Part shown: positions 30,082 to 41,400 of the stretch, one piece after another
Position numbering within the stretch: position 1 is the first letter of the stretch
How the letters are laid out: each line of letters opens with the position of its first letter
Virus record (IMG/VR): IMGVR_UViG_3300008954_000023
Span: 30,151-94,150 of that record
Origin: a virus
Reading direction: 5' to 3' (one strand)
DNA: 64,000 nt
Program-made: the position numbers and the translations under genes
Notes under the pieces: generated by a model
What the model saw: only the letters and a program-made list of their open reading frames with translations
Told to the model about the DNA's origin: nothing
The model's database searches: none

Positions 30082-31614
30082 ATGGCCACCCCCCTCCCAG
30101 AGCTGCTGGGAGATGAGCAGGCTCATCCGCTTGCTCTCTTCGCAGGACTCTCACGCCGCTACGGCATGAGCTGGGTGGAGTGGTCTGCCTCTACGCTCCG
30201 CATCTCACTGGAACAGCTGCTTGTAGGGAGTGGGCAGGAGCTCGTAGAGATCAACCTCCATAAGGCCCTTGCCGCCGCCGCCCTCTCGAACTCTGATGGG
30301 TTCTGGAGGGACTGGCCGACGTTCCACTTCCTCTGCAATCCCCTCAACAACAACATCCCGAACCCTTCGGCGCATCAGGATCTGACTGTTGCTCAGATGA
30401 TGGTTGCGGTAGATATCGCCATATCCTTGCGGAAGCTCCTGAAGAAAGTGCACCAAAACCCCTCATTCTCCGAGGAGGTTGCACGGTACGTGGCTGCGCA
30501 GGCACTGACCCAGGGCGTGTGGTACCTTCCGGGTGCGCTTGCCTTCGCAGCTCAGTTCGCAGAAGGACGGAACTACAAGTGCAAGGATTGTGGCAACGAA
30601 GCTGAGATCATCTTCGATGACGCGACCTGTGACGTCTGCACTGAACGGTGGGACGCTACGAGTTTGGGATCGTGGAAGCCGAACCCGGACCTGGTGAAGA
30701 AGTGGGGTAAAAACCTACGATTCTTTTCCAAGAACCCGACGGATCGGGTCGAAGCGCGGCTGGAACAGGTACTCGGCAACCCGACCATCGTGCTTCGTGA
30801 GAGCCAGACAGATCGCTGTGTGGCACACATCCTCGTAGCTCTACAGTATGTCGGGTACCGGCGAGAGCAGTACAAGGTTCAGACTTCGAAGATGCTTCCT
30901 GAGGCTGAGAAGGTGGCCTTCTTCTCTCCTCGTCGGATGGGCCAGCAGGTGAAGTGGATGGGTCAGCAGATGGCCTCTCCCAAGAAGTGGCCTGAGAACA
31001 TCCGCAAGGGCTTCAAGGCGACGACGAATATGGGTGGGGACATCCACACCACTACCTCTGCGGGAGGACGGGAGCGCATCTTCAAAGGCTCCAAGAACGA
31101 TCTCAAAGAGCGGGTACAGGAGCACGCAACGGGAACGGGTGATCGGGACGCGCTCGAGTTCCTTCGGGGGAAGAAGAAGGGCAAGCACAAGTACACCGCC
31201 GACTTCCACACTGGAACCCGTCTACGGGACAAGGCCCGCCGTGCAGGACTCCTCTCCAACGTGGCGAAGTACGAAGGACCAGACAAGGTCCGGAAGACCT
31301 TCAACACTCTCAACCGTGCCCGCCCAGGCACCATGGCCGTAGCGGCCCCTCTTACAGCCGTCAGTGCTCGGGAGAACCTGAAGAAGGAAGACCCCCACAC
31401 CGGAAGGCAGCGGTCTAAGCTCGAGCGGGCAGGGAGAGCTGTAGGCGGGGCTGCTGCAGATGTTGCCGGTATGCGGGTGGGTATGACGGCAGGCATGCTT
31501 GCCTCGATGGCAGGAGAGTCCGCAGGAGGCGCAGCGGGACGAGGTGTTAGCGGTACAGGGAAGGCTGTGAAGTCTGGGGTTGAGAAGTTCAGGGCCCGCA
31601 AGAAGGCTGAGTGA
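30082..31614 (+). CDS. Hypothetical virion protein: globular Zn-ribbon N-domain plus basic Gly/Ala-rich C-domain
   Basis: CKDC/CDVC; abrupt composition change after EKVA. Confidence 0.65.
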   Translation: MATPLPELLGDEQAHPLALFAGLSRRYGMSWVEWSASTLRISLEQLLVGSGQELVEINLHKALAAAALSNSDGFWRDWPTFHFLCNPLNNNIPNPSAHQDLTVAQMMVAVDIAISLRKLLKKVHQNPSFSEEVARYVAAQALTQGVWYLPGALAFAAQFAEGRNYKCKDCGNEAEIIFDDATCDVCTERWDATSLGSWKPNPDLVKKWGKNLRFFSKNPTDRVEARLEQVLGNPTIVLRESQTDRCVAHILVALQYVGYRREQYKVQTSKMLPEAEKVAFFSPRRMGQQVKWMGQQMASPKKWPENIRKGFKATTNMGGDIHTTTSAGGRERIFKGSKNDLKERVQEHATGTGDRDALEFLRGKKKGKHKYTADFHTGTRLRDKARRAGLLSNVAKYEGPDKVRKTFNTLNRARPGTMAVAAPLTAVSARENLKKEDPHTGRQRSKLERAGRAVGGAAADVAGMRVGMTAGMLASMAGESAGGAAGRGVSGTGKAVKSGVEKFRARKKAE

Positions 31615-33665
31615 TGGGTACGCATTTCCTCTCCGGAGCACAGCAGAACCGCTACAACCAGCGGCCCTCAACCAACTTCCTTGGCTCTCGTGGCTTTGGG
31701 ATTCGCTACCCATCCCCCTTCTTCGATGTCGCGCAGCAGTTCCTTCCCGAGAACGTACATCAGCTTCAAATCTGGTGTCGCTTCTACTTCCTGACGAACC
31801 CAGTGGTGAACGTCGGCTGCAGGAAGATGTCGGAGTACTCGGTCACGCCCATCATCTGGCAGACCGAGGATGAGCAGGTCCTCCGGCTCTACAAGGATGT
31901 GGAGCGTAGGCTCCGGTTCCGGCAGTTCCAGGTCGAGACAGGTCTCGACTACAACGTCTACGGCAACTCCTTCACCTCAGTCCTCTTCGGACTGGAGAAG
32001 TACCTGGGCTGCCGCAAGTGCGACATGCAGTTCCGTGCCCGTACCAACCGCAGCCTCTACAAGTGGCGGTCAGGCCGCTTCCATCTTCGTTGTACCAGCT
32101 GCCGGTATGTCGGCCCGGCCAAGCAGCACGATTACTACCCTCGAAGCGTTCGCCGTATCCGAATCGTCAGGTGGAATCCTGAGAACATCGACATCAAGCA
32201 CAACGATGTCACCGGGGCCAACAGGTACTACTACCGCCTGCCTCGTCGTATCCGGAATGACATCAAGCTCGGGGACAGGGAGACCATCGAAACGCTTCCG
32301 GCTCCGTTCCTGGAGGCCGCCCGTCGAGGGAAGGCGCTTCTCTTCAAGGATGGGAGCATCTTCCATCTGAAGCGTCCCACTGTGGCCACCAAGGACATGG
32401 GCTGGGGATCGCCCCTCATTTACCCACTCCTCAAGGATGCGTTCTACCTTCAGGTCCTGAAGAAGGCACAGGAAGCTCTGATGATGGAGCATACGGTGCC
32501 CCTTCGGATGATCTTCCCCGGCCCCTCCACAGGCGGGAACGACAAGCCGTACAGTGCCTACAACCTGGGAGCGTGGAAGTCGAAGATCGATGCCGAGATC
32601 AATGTCTGGCGGCGTGACCCGAACTACATCCCCATCCTGCCGGTCAACATGGGGTACCAGCAGCTTGGCGGCACAGCCAAGGCTCTCATCCTCCATCACG
32701 AGTTCCGCCTCTTCGCCGAGCAGATGCTCAGCGGTATGGGGATCCCGCCAGAGTTCGTCATGGGCGGTCTGCAGTGGTCGGCTTCGAACACAGCTCTGCG
32801 CGGCCTGGAGAACACCTTCCTCGGCTACAACGAGGATCGCTACGGCCTGATGGACTGGGTGGTGGAGAAGCTCTCCTCCCATATGCAGTGGCCCAAGGTG
32901 CCGTTCGCCTTCGGCAAGTTCAAGATGGCCGACGACCTGCAGCGGTCGATGTTCCTCTTCCAGCTCAACCAGGCACAGAAGATCTCCGACCGACGTCTCC
33001 TCGAAGATATCGGGGAAGACTTCGACCTCGAGAACAAGAGGATGGGCGAGGAGCTCAACAAGCAGATCGACACGCAGCGGAAGATGCAGCTCGCGGCCGC
33101 AGACGTGCAGGGCGCAGCACAGCTCCGGACAGGGAGGTACCAGGCCAAGGTCCAGGAGCTCCAGATGGCCGCACAGATGCGTGCCCAGATGGAAGCTCAG
33201 ATGGCACAGCAGCAGGGCGCTGGGGGCGCTCCTGGGCAGGAACAGCAGCCGCAGCAGGGACAAGAGGCCCAACCCCAGCAAGGCCAGGAGCAGGGCCAGG
33301 AGCAGCCTGCTGGAGCCTCCGAAGGCTCTGTGAATGCCGAGAATGCTCAGGCTCCGAACGAGTCGGCCGTGCCTACGGCCATGGCCGGGATGGAGTCTCC
33401 CATCAATGCGGGCCAGCAAGGCGGCTTCGACCTCACCTATGTGGCACAGCGCGCAGCTTCGTACCTGCGGCAGGTGAAGGAAGAGGGCGGGGAGCAGGCG
33501 ATGTATCAGGAGATGCAGCGCATGCAGATGGAAAACCCCAACCTGTATCGCCTCGTTGTTCAGCTCATGAACGATCAAGGCGCGAACACCGATCCCATGA
33601 ACGCGAATCAGATGCCGCAGCCTTCGCAGCGTGCGCAACGGCGTGATCCTGCACGGCAAACTTGA
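31611..33665 (+). CDS. Portal protein (putative) with Zn-ribbon insertion and Gln-rich tail
   Basis: DYNVYGNSF, IFHLK, WGSPLIYP, helical C-half with GIPPEFV; CRKC...CTSC insertion; size and context fit a portal. Confidence 0.7.
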   Translation: MMGTHFLSGAQQNRYNQRPSTNFLGSRGFGIRYPSPFFDVAQQFLPENVHQLQIWCRFYFLTNPVVNVGCRKMSEYSVTPIIWQTEDEQVLRLYKDVERRLRFRQFQVETGLDYNVYGNSFTSVLFGLEKYLGCRKCDMQFRARTNRSLYKWRSGRFHLRCTSCRYVGPAKQHDYYPRSVRRIRIVRWNPENIDIKHNDVTGANRYYYRLPRRIRNDIKLGDRETIETLPAPFLEAARRGKALLFKDGSIFHLKRPTVATKDMGWGSPLIYPLLKDAFYLQVLKKAQEALMMEHTVPLRMIFPGPSTGGNDKPYSAYNLGAWKSKIDAEINVWRRDPNYIPILPVNMGYQQLGGTAKALILHHEFRLFAEQMLSGMGIPPEFVMGGLQWSASNTALRGLENTFLGYNEDRYGLMDWVVEKLSSHMQWPKVPFAFGKFKMADDLQRSMFLFQLNQAQKISDRRLLEDIGEDFDLENKRMGEELNKQIDTQRKMQLAAADVQGAAQLRTGRYQAKVQELQMAAQMRAQMEAQMAQQQGAGGAPGQEQQPQQGQEAQPQQGQEQGQEQPAGASEGSVNAENAQAPNESAVPTAMAGMESPINAGQQGGFDLTYVAQRAASYLRQVKEEGGEQAMYQEMQRMQMENPNLYRLVVQLMNDQGANTDPMNANQMPQPSQRAQRRDPARQT

Positions 33666-33672
33666 GAGAACC

Positions 33673-34614
33673 ATGCACTACAAGTCTGCGGAATACATCT
33701 ACGACCTGTACGAGAAGGTGGCAGGACGGGCATACCTCAAGAACCTGCGCCGGCTCGCGCGTCGAGGAGATATCGCAGCCATAGAGCGTGAAGTTGCCCG
33801 ACTTCATGCGGCCGGGAAGCTCAAGATCTCTCCACAAGGAACTCAGATCCAGCACCTCGGACACGGAGCTGAAGGCGTGGGGACGTTGGTTGTAGGAGCT
33901 AAGGATGCGCCCGGCAAGGTGACTGTGCGGAAAGCGTATGATCGTGGCTCTGCACTCTATGACAAGGAGTTGATCGGAGAGAAGCACAACATGCTTCGCC
34001 GTGCCAAAAACCATCCCCACGTGGCCAAGGTACACAGCAGCAAGATCCGGAAGGGGAGGGGCGGGACTCCCTACACGATCAACGAGTACGTTCCGGGTCG
34101 GTCGGGTGTACCTCATCCTCCTCCCCCTGGTAATACGGGTCTGAACTCTTCCATGCCTGTTTCCTGGAGAGAAGGGGCCAACCTGAGAGGCAACGTACTG
34201 GGTATGGGCCAGAAGAAGCTCTTGGGCGATGTGGCACTCAATCCTTCGAATGTGAGGACCACTCCTGCAGGGAAGACCAAGATCATCGATTTTCTTCCTA
34301 CGACTCGGACTCAGACTGCAGAGGCTACTACAGGGCAGACCCCTAAAATGAAGCGCATGCGGAAGTTCATGGGGGCCGGAGACCTGACAGTAGACCCCCA
34401 CGGTCCGACAGGGGCTGTGGGGGCAGCTCAACAGGCCTACATCGCTCGATTACAGGCGAATCCTGCGGCTCTTGCCCGCGCAGGCAAGGTCCAAGCTCCT
34501 GCTCAGATAGAGCAGTTCCGGCACCAGTACAGCCGGAAGCCCCAACCCTCGGACTTTGGACCTACTGGGGCTTTGCGGAAGGCTGATCGTGTCCGGACCC
34601 TACGCGGTCTGTAG
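33673..34614 (+). CDS. Protein kinase-like fold protein
   Basis: LGHGAEG Gly-loop, VRK, HPHVAKVH, NEYVPG, GDVALNPSNV, IIDF. Confidence 0.65.
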   Translation: MHYKSAEYIYDLYEKVAGRAYLKNLRRLARRGDIAAIEREVARLHAAGKLKISPQGTQIQHLGHGAEGVGTLVVGAKDAPGKVTVRKAYDRGSALYDKELIGEKHNMLRRAKNHPHVAKVHSSKIRKGRGGTPYTINEYVPGRSGVPHPPPPGNTGLNSSMPVSWREGANLRGNVLGMGQKKLLGDVALNPSNVRTTPAGKTKIIDFLPTTRTQTAEATTGQTPKMKRMRKFMGAGDLTVDPHGPTGAVGAAQQAYIARLQANPAALARAGKVQAPAQIEQFRHQYSRKPQPSDFGPTGALRKADRVRTLRGL

Positions 34615-34783
34615 AGGTCATCTCCCAGGGGAACGAGAAGCTGGGAGCGAAGGTGCCCCTTACATCTCGAATGAGCCTCTTGTCGTCTACGCTCAGGCTC
34701 TCGTAGTCCTTGCGGGTTCGAAGAGTAGTTGCGAAGTCCATCCATCGCCGCTGATCGTCAGTCATGAGTTCATGGTTGATCAT
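34562..34783 (-). CDS. Small hypothetical protein
   Basis: AGGAG RBS then MINHEL...; its 3' end overlaps the convergent kinase gene. Confidence 0.45.
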   Translation of the reverse strand: MINHELMTDDQRRWMDFATTLRTRKDYESLSVDDKRLIRDVRGTFAPSFSFPWEMTSTDRVGSGHDQPSAKPQ

Positions 34784-35159
34784 GGGATCTCCTTGTAGGG
34801 AAAGGCACTGCGAGGACCAGGGCGGAGAGCTCCAGTCCGCAGTCTTCGCATGAACCATCGGTCCAGTAGGGAAGCACGCGCAGCTCTGAGCTGCAGACCG
34901 TGCATAGCCAGAGGAACTCTGGCACTTCTTCATCGAGGAAGCGTCGTAGGACCGGGCACCGGCCGCAATCCACACGATTGCAGTAGGGAGCCCCTCCATC
35001 CCACTTCAGGATGGGACAGAAGACCACGCTCAGATCGGCCGATGCTCCGGGACCGTCAAGCTCGATGTGGCCTGCCTCAGGAGGGAACGTCTTTGCCCTC
35101 CTCAGCCTCTCCAGAGGACTTGGCCCCCTCGGCGGGTGTCTACCCCTCCTCCGGCTCAT
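34770..35159 (-). CDS. Cys-rich (Zn-finger) hypothetical protein
   Basis: CP...CNRVDCGRC...CTVC...CEDC. Confidence 0.6.
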   Translation of the reverse strand: MSRRRGRHPPRGPSPLERLRRAKTFPPEAGHIELDGPGASADLSVVFCPILKWDGGAPYCNRVDCGRCPVLRRFLDEEVPEFLWLCTVCSSELRVLPYWTDGSCEDCGLELSALVLAVPFPTRRSHDQP

Positions 35160-35262
35160 CCTCTTCCTCGAGCCGTTTCAGCTCGCTGTTCCCGTAGTCG
35201 CGCGTGAAGCTAAGAGCTCCGCTTACGAACGACAGTACGAGCAGCCATTGAAACGGCGTCAC
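35140..35262 (-). CDS. 40-aa small membrane-anchored peptide (not in the ORF track)
   Basis: AAGGAGG RBS, GTG start; MTPFQWLLVLSFVSGALSFTRDYGNSELKRLEEEDEPEEG. Confidence 0.4.
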   Translation of the reverse strand: MTPFQWLLVLSFVSGALSFTRDYGNSELKRLEEEDEPEEG

Positions 35263-35466
35263 GCTGTGCCTCCTTCACCGAGGTAGTCACAGGGTTGTCT
35301 GGCACAGTGGGTCCTTCCACCAGATGTAGCATGAGGCGAGAGAAGACCTCTCCCCATGCAGGCGTCAGCATGCCCCTTGCGGGACTCAGTTTACGGCTCA
35401 GAACGTCCTCCTTATGGGTTTGGACCGTTACTGCCCTTATGGCGGAAACCGCGATACCTTAGAGCA

Positions 35467-38400
35467 ATGGCGAAGCTCGACACCCGCGCACTCTTTGAGA
35501 GCATCAAGACCCGGACCACGGCAGAGATCCGTCAGCAGTTCCCCTTCGAAGGCCGTACTCGCCGCCTCGAGCTCGTAGACATCAAGGTCGAAGATCAGGC
35601 CAGGCTCCCAGCAGATCTGCATCACACAGACAACATCGAGGCCCAGGCTCATGCGAAGGCCAAGGGCCGTACCTGGGGCGTTCCTGTCCGGGCCACGCTC
35701 CGGCTCGTAGACAAGTCCACAGGGAAGCCCGTAGATCAACAGTCCTTGGTCATCCTCCGCCTTCCGAAGATCACGAGCCGCTACAGCTACATCATCGCCG
35801 GACAGGAACGGCAGCACGACAGCCTCTTCCGCTCCAAGCCGCGACCGTACCACCGCATCGCCAACAACGGAGACATCCAGGCCCGGTGGAACCTCGCCCG
35901 AGGCCTGGGCTTCGACATCACCTACGAGCCGAAGAAGGGTCGGTTCCTCATGCGCTTCGGGACCTCGAACGTCCCGATGCACCCCATCCTTCAGGCTCTC
36001 GGAGTCTCTGATGCCAAGATGCGGCAGACATGGGGTGAGGCCGTCTTTGCTGCGAACCAACGGGCCGGAAGGAGGGAGCGGGATGTCACCAAGGCGTTCA
36101 CGGCCCTTCGTCTCATGCCTCCAGGACAGAAGCGGGCCACGCATGAGCAGAAGGTGGCCCTTCTGCGGAAGTACTTCACCGAGGAGACGGAGGTGTGGCC
36201 GGATGCCATGAAGTCCGTCTTCGGCAAGGAGTACTCCAACGTCAACGGCGAGAACCTTCTCCTCTCCTCGAAGCGGCTCCTGAAGATTCAGAAGGGCCGC
36301 TCCAAGGACGCGCCGCCGATTGATGAGCGCCCTGATGATCGCCAGTCTCTGTCGACGAAGTACCTCGCGACCACAGAGGACTTCATCATCGAGTCCATCC
36401 GGAAGCAGTCTCGTGACCTGCGGCGAAAGGTGCTCTCGAAGATCGACCGCGAGGACGCCCGCATCTCGGACATCATCTCGGCCAGCCTCTTCAACAAGGT
36501 TGTGCATGGCGTCTTCGACCACGCCCAGCGGCCTGATCAGACCAACCCGCTCCAGTTCCTCTCCGGTCACATGCGGACCACCATTCGAGGTGCGGCCTTC
36601 GGCGGTGTCGGCTCCACGCGCGTGAATCTGGACAAAGACAAGCAGATCAACCCCACCCATCTGGGGTTTCTTGATCCTATCCAGACCCCAGAGTGCTGGC
36701 CGGGGCATGCCGAAGTCTTCACGAAGGAGGGCTGGATCCGCTGGGACCAGACCGCAAACGATACGGAGTTCCTGTGCCGCCAAGAGGGGAAGACCTTCTT
36801 CCAGGCGGCGGTCCGGGTTCACAGGGGCCCCTACTCCGGAGACCTCTACTGCCTCGAGCATGGCAAGATCTCCTATGAGGTGACTCCCAATCACCGGATG
36901 TGGGTTGACACCGTGAGCGGTCCCTCATCTTGGCGATTCTCGACTGCGAGCCGGGTGCACGGCAAAACGCGCCGTTTCGACACAGGACACAGTCCCGCCG
37001 AAGGAGAACTTCGCGAGTTCACTCTCCCTGTTGTGCCGGGGAACAACTCCTCAAAGAATGTTGAAGAGCCCATCGACATCGAAGATTGGGCAGAGTTCAT
37101 GGGCTGGTTCCTGTCCGAAGGTACGGTTCATTACCGAGAAGACAAAAGCCGCTACAACGTACGCATCGCTCAAGTCGCATGGAAGAATCTGGCGGAGTAC
37201 GAAGCGATCGAAGCCCTTCTGGATCGGTTGCCTTTCAACTGGCATTGGGATGGAGAAGGGAAGAGCTTCGGCATCTCGACCAAGCAACTTGCGCACTACC
37301 TCCGGCAGTTCGGAAAAGCTCACGAGAAGTTCATCCCAGACTACTTCTTCGATGCCACTACGGAAGCGCGAGAGGCCTTGTTGGAGGCTCTTCTTCTTGG
37401 AGACGGCCGTATTGGTTCCGTTCGTAAGGACGGCCGCTCTTACGAGCAGCAGGTCTACACGACTACCAGTCCTCAACTGGCCATAGACGTAGAACGTCTG
37501 GCAGTCTCGCTCGGCTACCCGACCAAGATCTCCCGCTATGAGGACAACCGCGAAGATCGGTATCTCGACGTCTATGAGGTACGACTCCTGCAGCATCGCT
37601 ATCGTACGGCCACCCCACGCCACCCCAACTACCCTTCGAGATACCACAGGAAGAAGTACTCAGGGCAAGTCTACTGCGCGACTGTTCCAGGAGGCCTCCT
37701 TTACTGCCGGATGCCCGGAAAGGTAGGATTCTGGTCAGGGAACTCCGATGAAACGGGTATCGCCCTGCATCTCCCTCTCGGAGTCCAGCTCACACCAGCC
37801 AAGCAGCAGAAGGGCAAGTCCCGCGTCTCGCCAGGCCACGAACTGAACACCAAGGTCTACGACCGGAAGAAGAAGGACTGGGTCCTGGCCACCCCTGCCG
37901 ATCTCGAGCGGGAGAACGTCGCATATCCGGACCAGGTGAAGTGGACGAACGGCCGCCCCACACCAGTCTCCCGGGATGTGGTCTGCTACGACTCGGAGCG
38001 GGGTACGTCTTCTCGCCCCTGGGCACAGGTCCGTTACATCCTCCCTTCCTCGAAGGCTCTGCTCTCTTTTTCTGCGAACCTCATCCCGTTCCTGGGTAGC
38101 AACTCCGGGAACAGGACCATGACCGGCTCCAAGATGCAGGAGCAGGCAGTCGCACTCAAAGATCGAGAGGCCCCGCTTGTTCAGACGAAGACCGATGGCA
38201 AGATGACTTTCGAGTCAGCCCTCGGTACGACCTCCTCTCATCGGTCTCCGGTGGCAGGAACGATCACACGGGTGACGAAGGATGCTATCTTTATCCGTCC
38301 ATCCTCAGGAGGAAAGGCAGTAAAAGTACCCATCTACAACCACTTCCCTCTCAACGGGAAGAAGGGGATGATTCACGCAGAGCCTGTGGTGAAGAAGGGC

Positions 38401-41400
38401 CAGAAGGTGAAGGAGGGAGATCTCCTCGCAGATACGTCGTTTACGAAGGGCGGCACCCTGGCCATGGGGAAAAACCTCCGGACGGCCTACATCCCATGGA
38501 AGGGGCTGACATTCGAGGACTCAGTGGTCATTTCTGAGTCGGCATCGAAGAAGCTCACATCCTCACATTTGCATAAGGAGTCGGTGACGTTCTATACCGG
38601 CATGCTTGGTGGGAAGCCGGGCTCCAAGGCAAAGTGGGTGGACTACGCTTTGCCGGAGCGTACGACTGCTGACAAGCTCGCGAAGCTCGATGATGCGGGC
38701 ATCGTAAATGTCGGCACGAAGGTGGTGGACGGTGACGTCCTCATCGCCGTCTTGTCGCCTTCGCAGCAGACCAAAGAGGATGCGATTCTCAAGAGCATCC
38801 ATCGGTCTCTGGTTCGCGACTACCGCGACCGCTCCGTTGTCTGGCACCATGACTATCCAGGCACGGTGGTCAAGGTCACTCGTGCCGGGAAGAAGGTCAC
38901 TGTCCATGTGAAGACCGAAGAGCCTATGACCATCGGCGACAAGCTCGCAGGTCGCTACGGGAACAAGGGTGTGGTCGGGCGCGTGGTTCCAGACAAGGAG
39001 ATGCCACGAACGAAGGATGGCAAGCCGCTGGACGTTTTGTTCAATCCTGCCACAGTCGTCTCTCGGATGAACCTTGGTCAGGTGTTGGAGACTGCTGCAA
39101 GCAAGATCGCGCGGAAGACTGGCAAGCCTTTCGTGGTCGAGAACTTCGCAGCGGGTGTGGACCATACTCAGCAGGTCAAGGATGCTCTGAAGAAGCACGG
39201 CCTCTCAGACACCGAAGAGGTCATCGATCCTGCGACAGGGAAGCCCATCGGGCAAGTACTGACGGGTGAGCAGTACATCATGAAGCTCCACCACATGGTG
39301 GATAAAGCCATGACTGCGCGTTCTTACGGGACTTACACCTCCTCCGGCGCAGCCCCTGCAGGCTCTGGCATTCCTGGTGGTGGCCAGAAGATGGATGCCT
39401 TGGCGACCTATGCCCTCCTCGCACACGGAGCGAAGCACAACCTCCGAGACGCTCAGACCATCAAGTCCGATGGTGACCAGGAAGAGGTGTGGGATGCCGT
39501 GATGCTCGGCCGTCCATTGCCTCCGCCGAAGCCGACGCGAGGCATGACCAACATGCTCTCGTACATGCGGGCGATGGGTATCGATACCGAGAAGAAGGGC
39601 AACAACTACGTCATCTCCCCGCTCACGGATAAGCAGGCTCTCGCCATCTCCAATGGCGAGATCAAGATGCCCCACAAGGCGCTGTACGCGAAGGGCGCAC
39701 GCACTCTCGAAGAGGCACGCGGTCTCTTTGATCCACGAGTCACGGGCGGAATGGATGGCCCTTACTGGGGACACATCAAGCTGCAAGAGCGCATGCCGAA
39801 CCCGATGTTCCAGGGAGCTATCCAATCCCTGCTTGGCATCACGGACAGGCAGTACAAAGAGCTCGTAGGTCCGAAGCTCCAGAAGGACGGCTCCTCTGGT
39901 TTCGACGTCATCAACCAGCGGCTCGGGGCCATCAACGTAGACCGCGAGCTGGCAGCTACTCAGGCTCAGCTCCCGAAGCTCACGGAGTCCAAGCTCAACA
40001 AGGCTCGGAAGAAGGTCAAGTACCTTCAAGCCTTGAAGAAGCTGAAGGTCTCTCCGGTGGATGCGTACACCAGCAAGGTTGTACCTGTCATTCCGCCGAC
40101 GATGAGGAAGATCTCCATCGGTCTGGATGGGAAGCAGATCCTCGATGACCTCAACGGCCTGTACCTCTCAGTCGGCCAGGCCAATGCCGCGTTGAAGAAC
40201 GCAGACCCTTCGACTCCGAGGTCAGAGCTTCAGAAGTCAAAGGCCCACCTGTACCAGGCCACCGCGGGGCTGCGGATGACGGGTACTTCCATCGGCGGCC
40301 GCCACCACCGCGGACTGATGGAGAGGCTCATCGGCAAGGTGCAGGGCGTAGGCCAGCCGAAGCACTCCCTGTTCCAGTCGGGAGTCCTCGGTAGGCGACA
40401 GGATCTCTCCGGCCGCTCGGTCATCATCCCTGAGCCAGACATGGGCCTCGACGAGGTCGGTATTCCCATCCCCATGGCGATGGAGATGTATCGCCCCTTC
40501 GTCGTCCGAGAGCTCGTACGGGAGGGAACGGCCCCTCTTGATGCCGACAAGCTCATCGACAAGAACGATCCTCGGACCCTTCACGCCTTGAAGCGTGCAG
40601 TGGCAGATCGTCCCGTACTGATGAAGCGTGACCCTGCCCTGCACAAGTTCTCTGTCATGGGGTTCAAGCCGAAGCTCGTGAGCGGGAAGTCCATCCAGAT
40701 CCATCCGCTCGTCACGGGCGGCTTCAACGCGGACTTCGACGGCGACAAGATGGGCCTCTTCGTACCGGCCTCTGAAGAGGCAAAGGACGAGGCCCAGAAG
40801 CTCCTGCCCTCGAAGAACCTGTTCAGCCCGACCCACTTCGGACTGATGCCGACCCCCTCACAGGACTCCCTCCACGGGATCTACCTGTCCACGAAGTGGG
40901 GCCGTCCTGTCACAGTACCGAAGGGAACCACCCGGCAGCAGGCCGTTACCATGCTGCGGAAGGGCGAGCTCAAGCCCTCGGACGTCATCACCATCGACGG
41001 CAAGAAGACCACGCCTGGCCGTCTTGAGCTTGCTTCCAGACTCCCGCCCGCCATGCGAGATGATGCGCGGCTCTTGTACGACAAGAACTTCAAGCTCGAC
41101 AAGAAAGGGATGAAGGCATTCCTCACGGATGTGGCTCGGAAGCATCCGAAGCAGTTCGGCGTGGCCGTCAATGCCTGGAAGGACCAGGGGAATCGGGTCT
41201 CCTTCACTGCCGGAGCTTCGTTCTCCCTCAACGACTTCCACGATGGGAAGAGGGCCCGGGATCGCATCCTCGCCAAGTACAAGCGCAAGGAGGCAGAGAT
41301 CCGGTCCTCCCGGAAGTCTCGTCGTCAGAAGGACAAGGCCATCGTCGCGCTCTATGCCAAGGCTCAGGCGGAACTCAAGGCTGCTGGCATGGAGATGTAC

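Noticed and set aside
35208-35402. Short - strand ORFs in the gap upstream of the RNAP gene
   Set aside because: Two competing short frames (CTG start about 63 aa; ATG start 32 aa), with no way to choose between them or support either.
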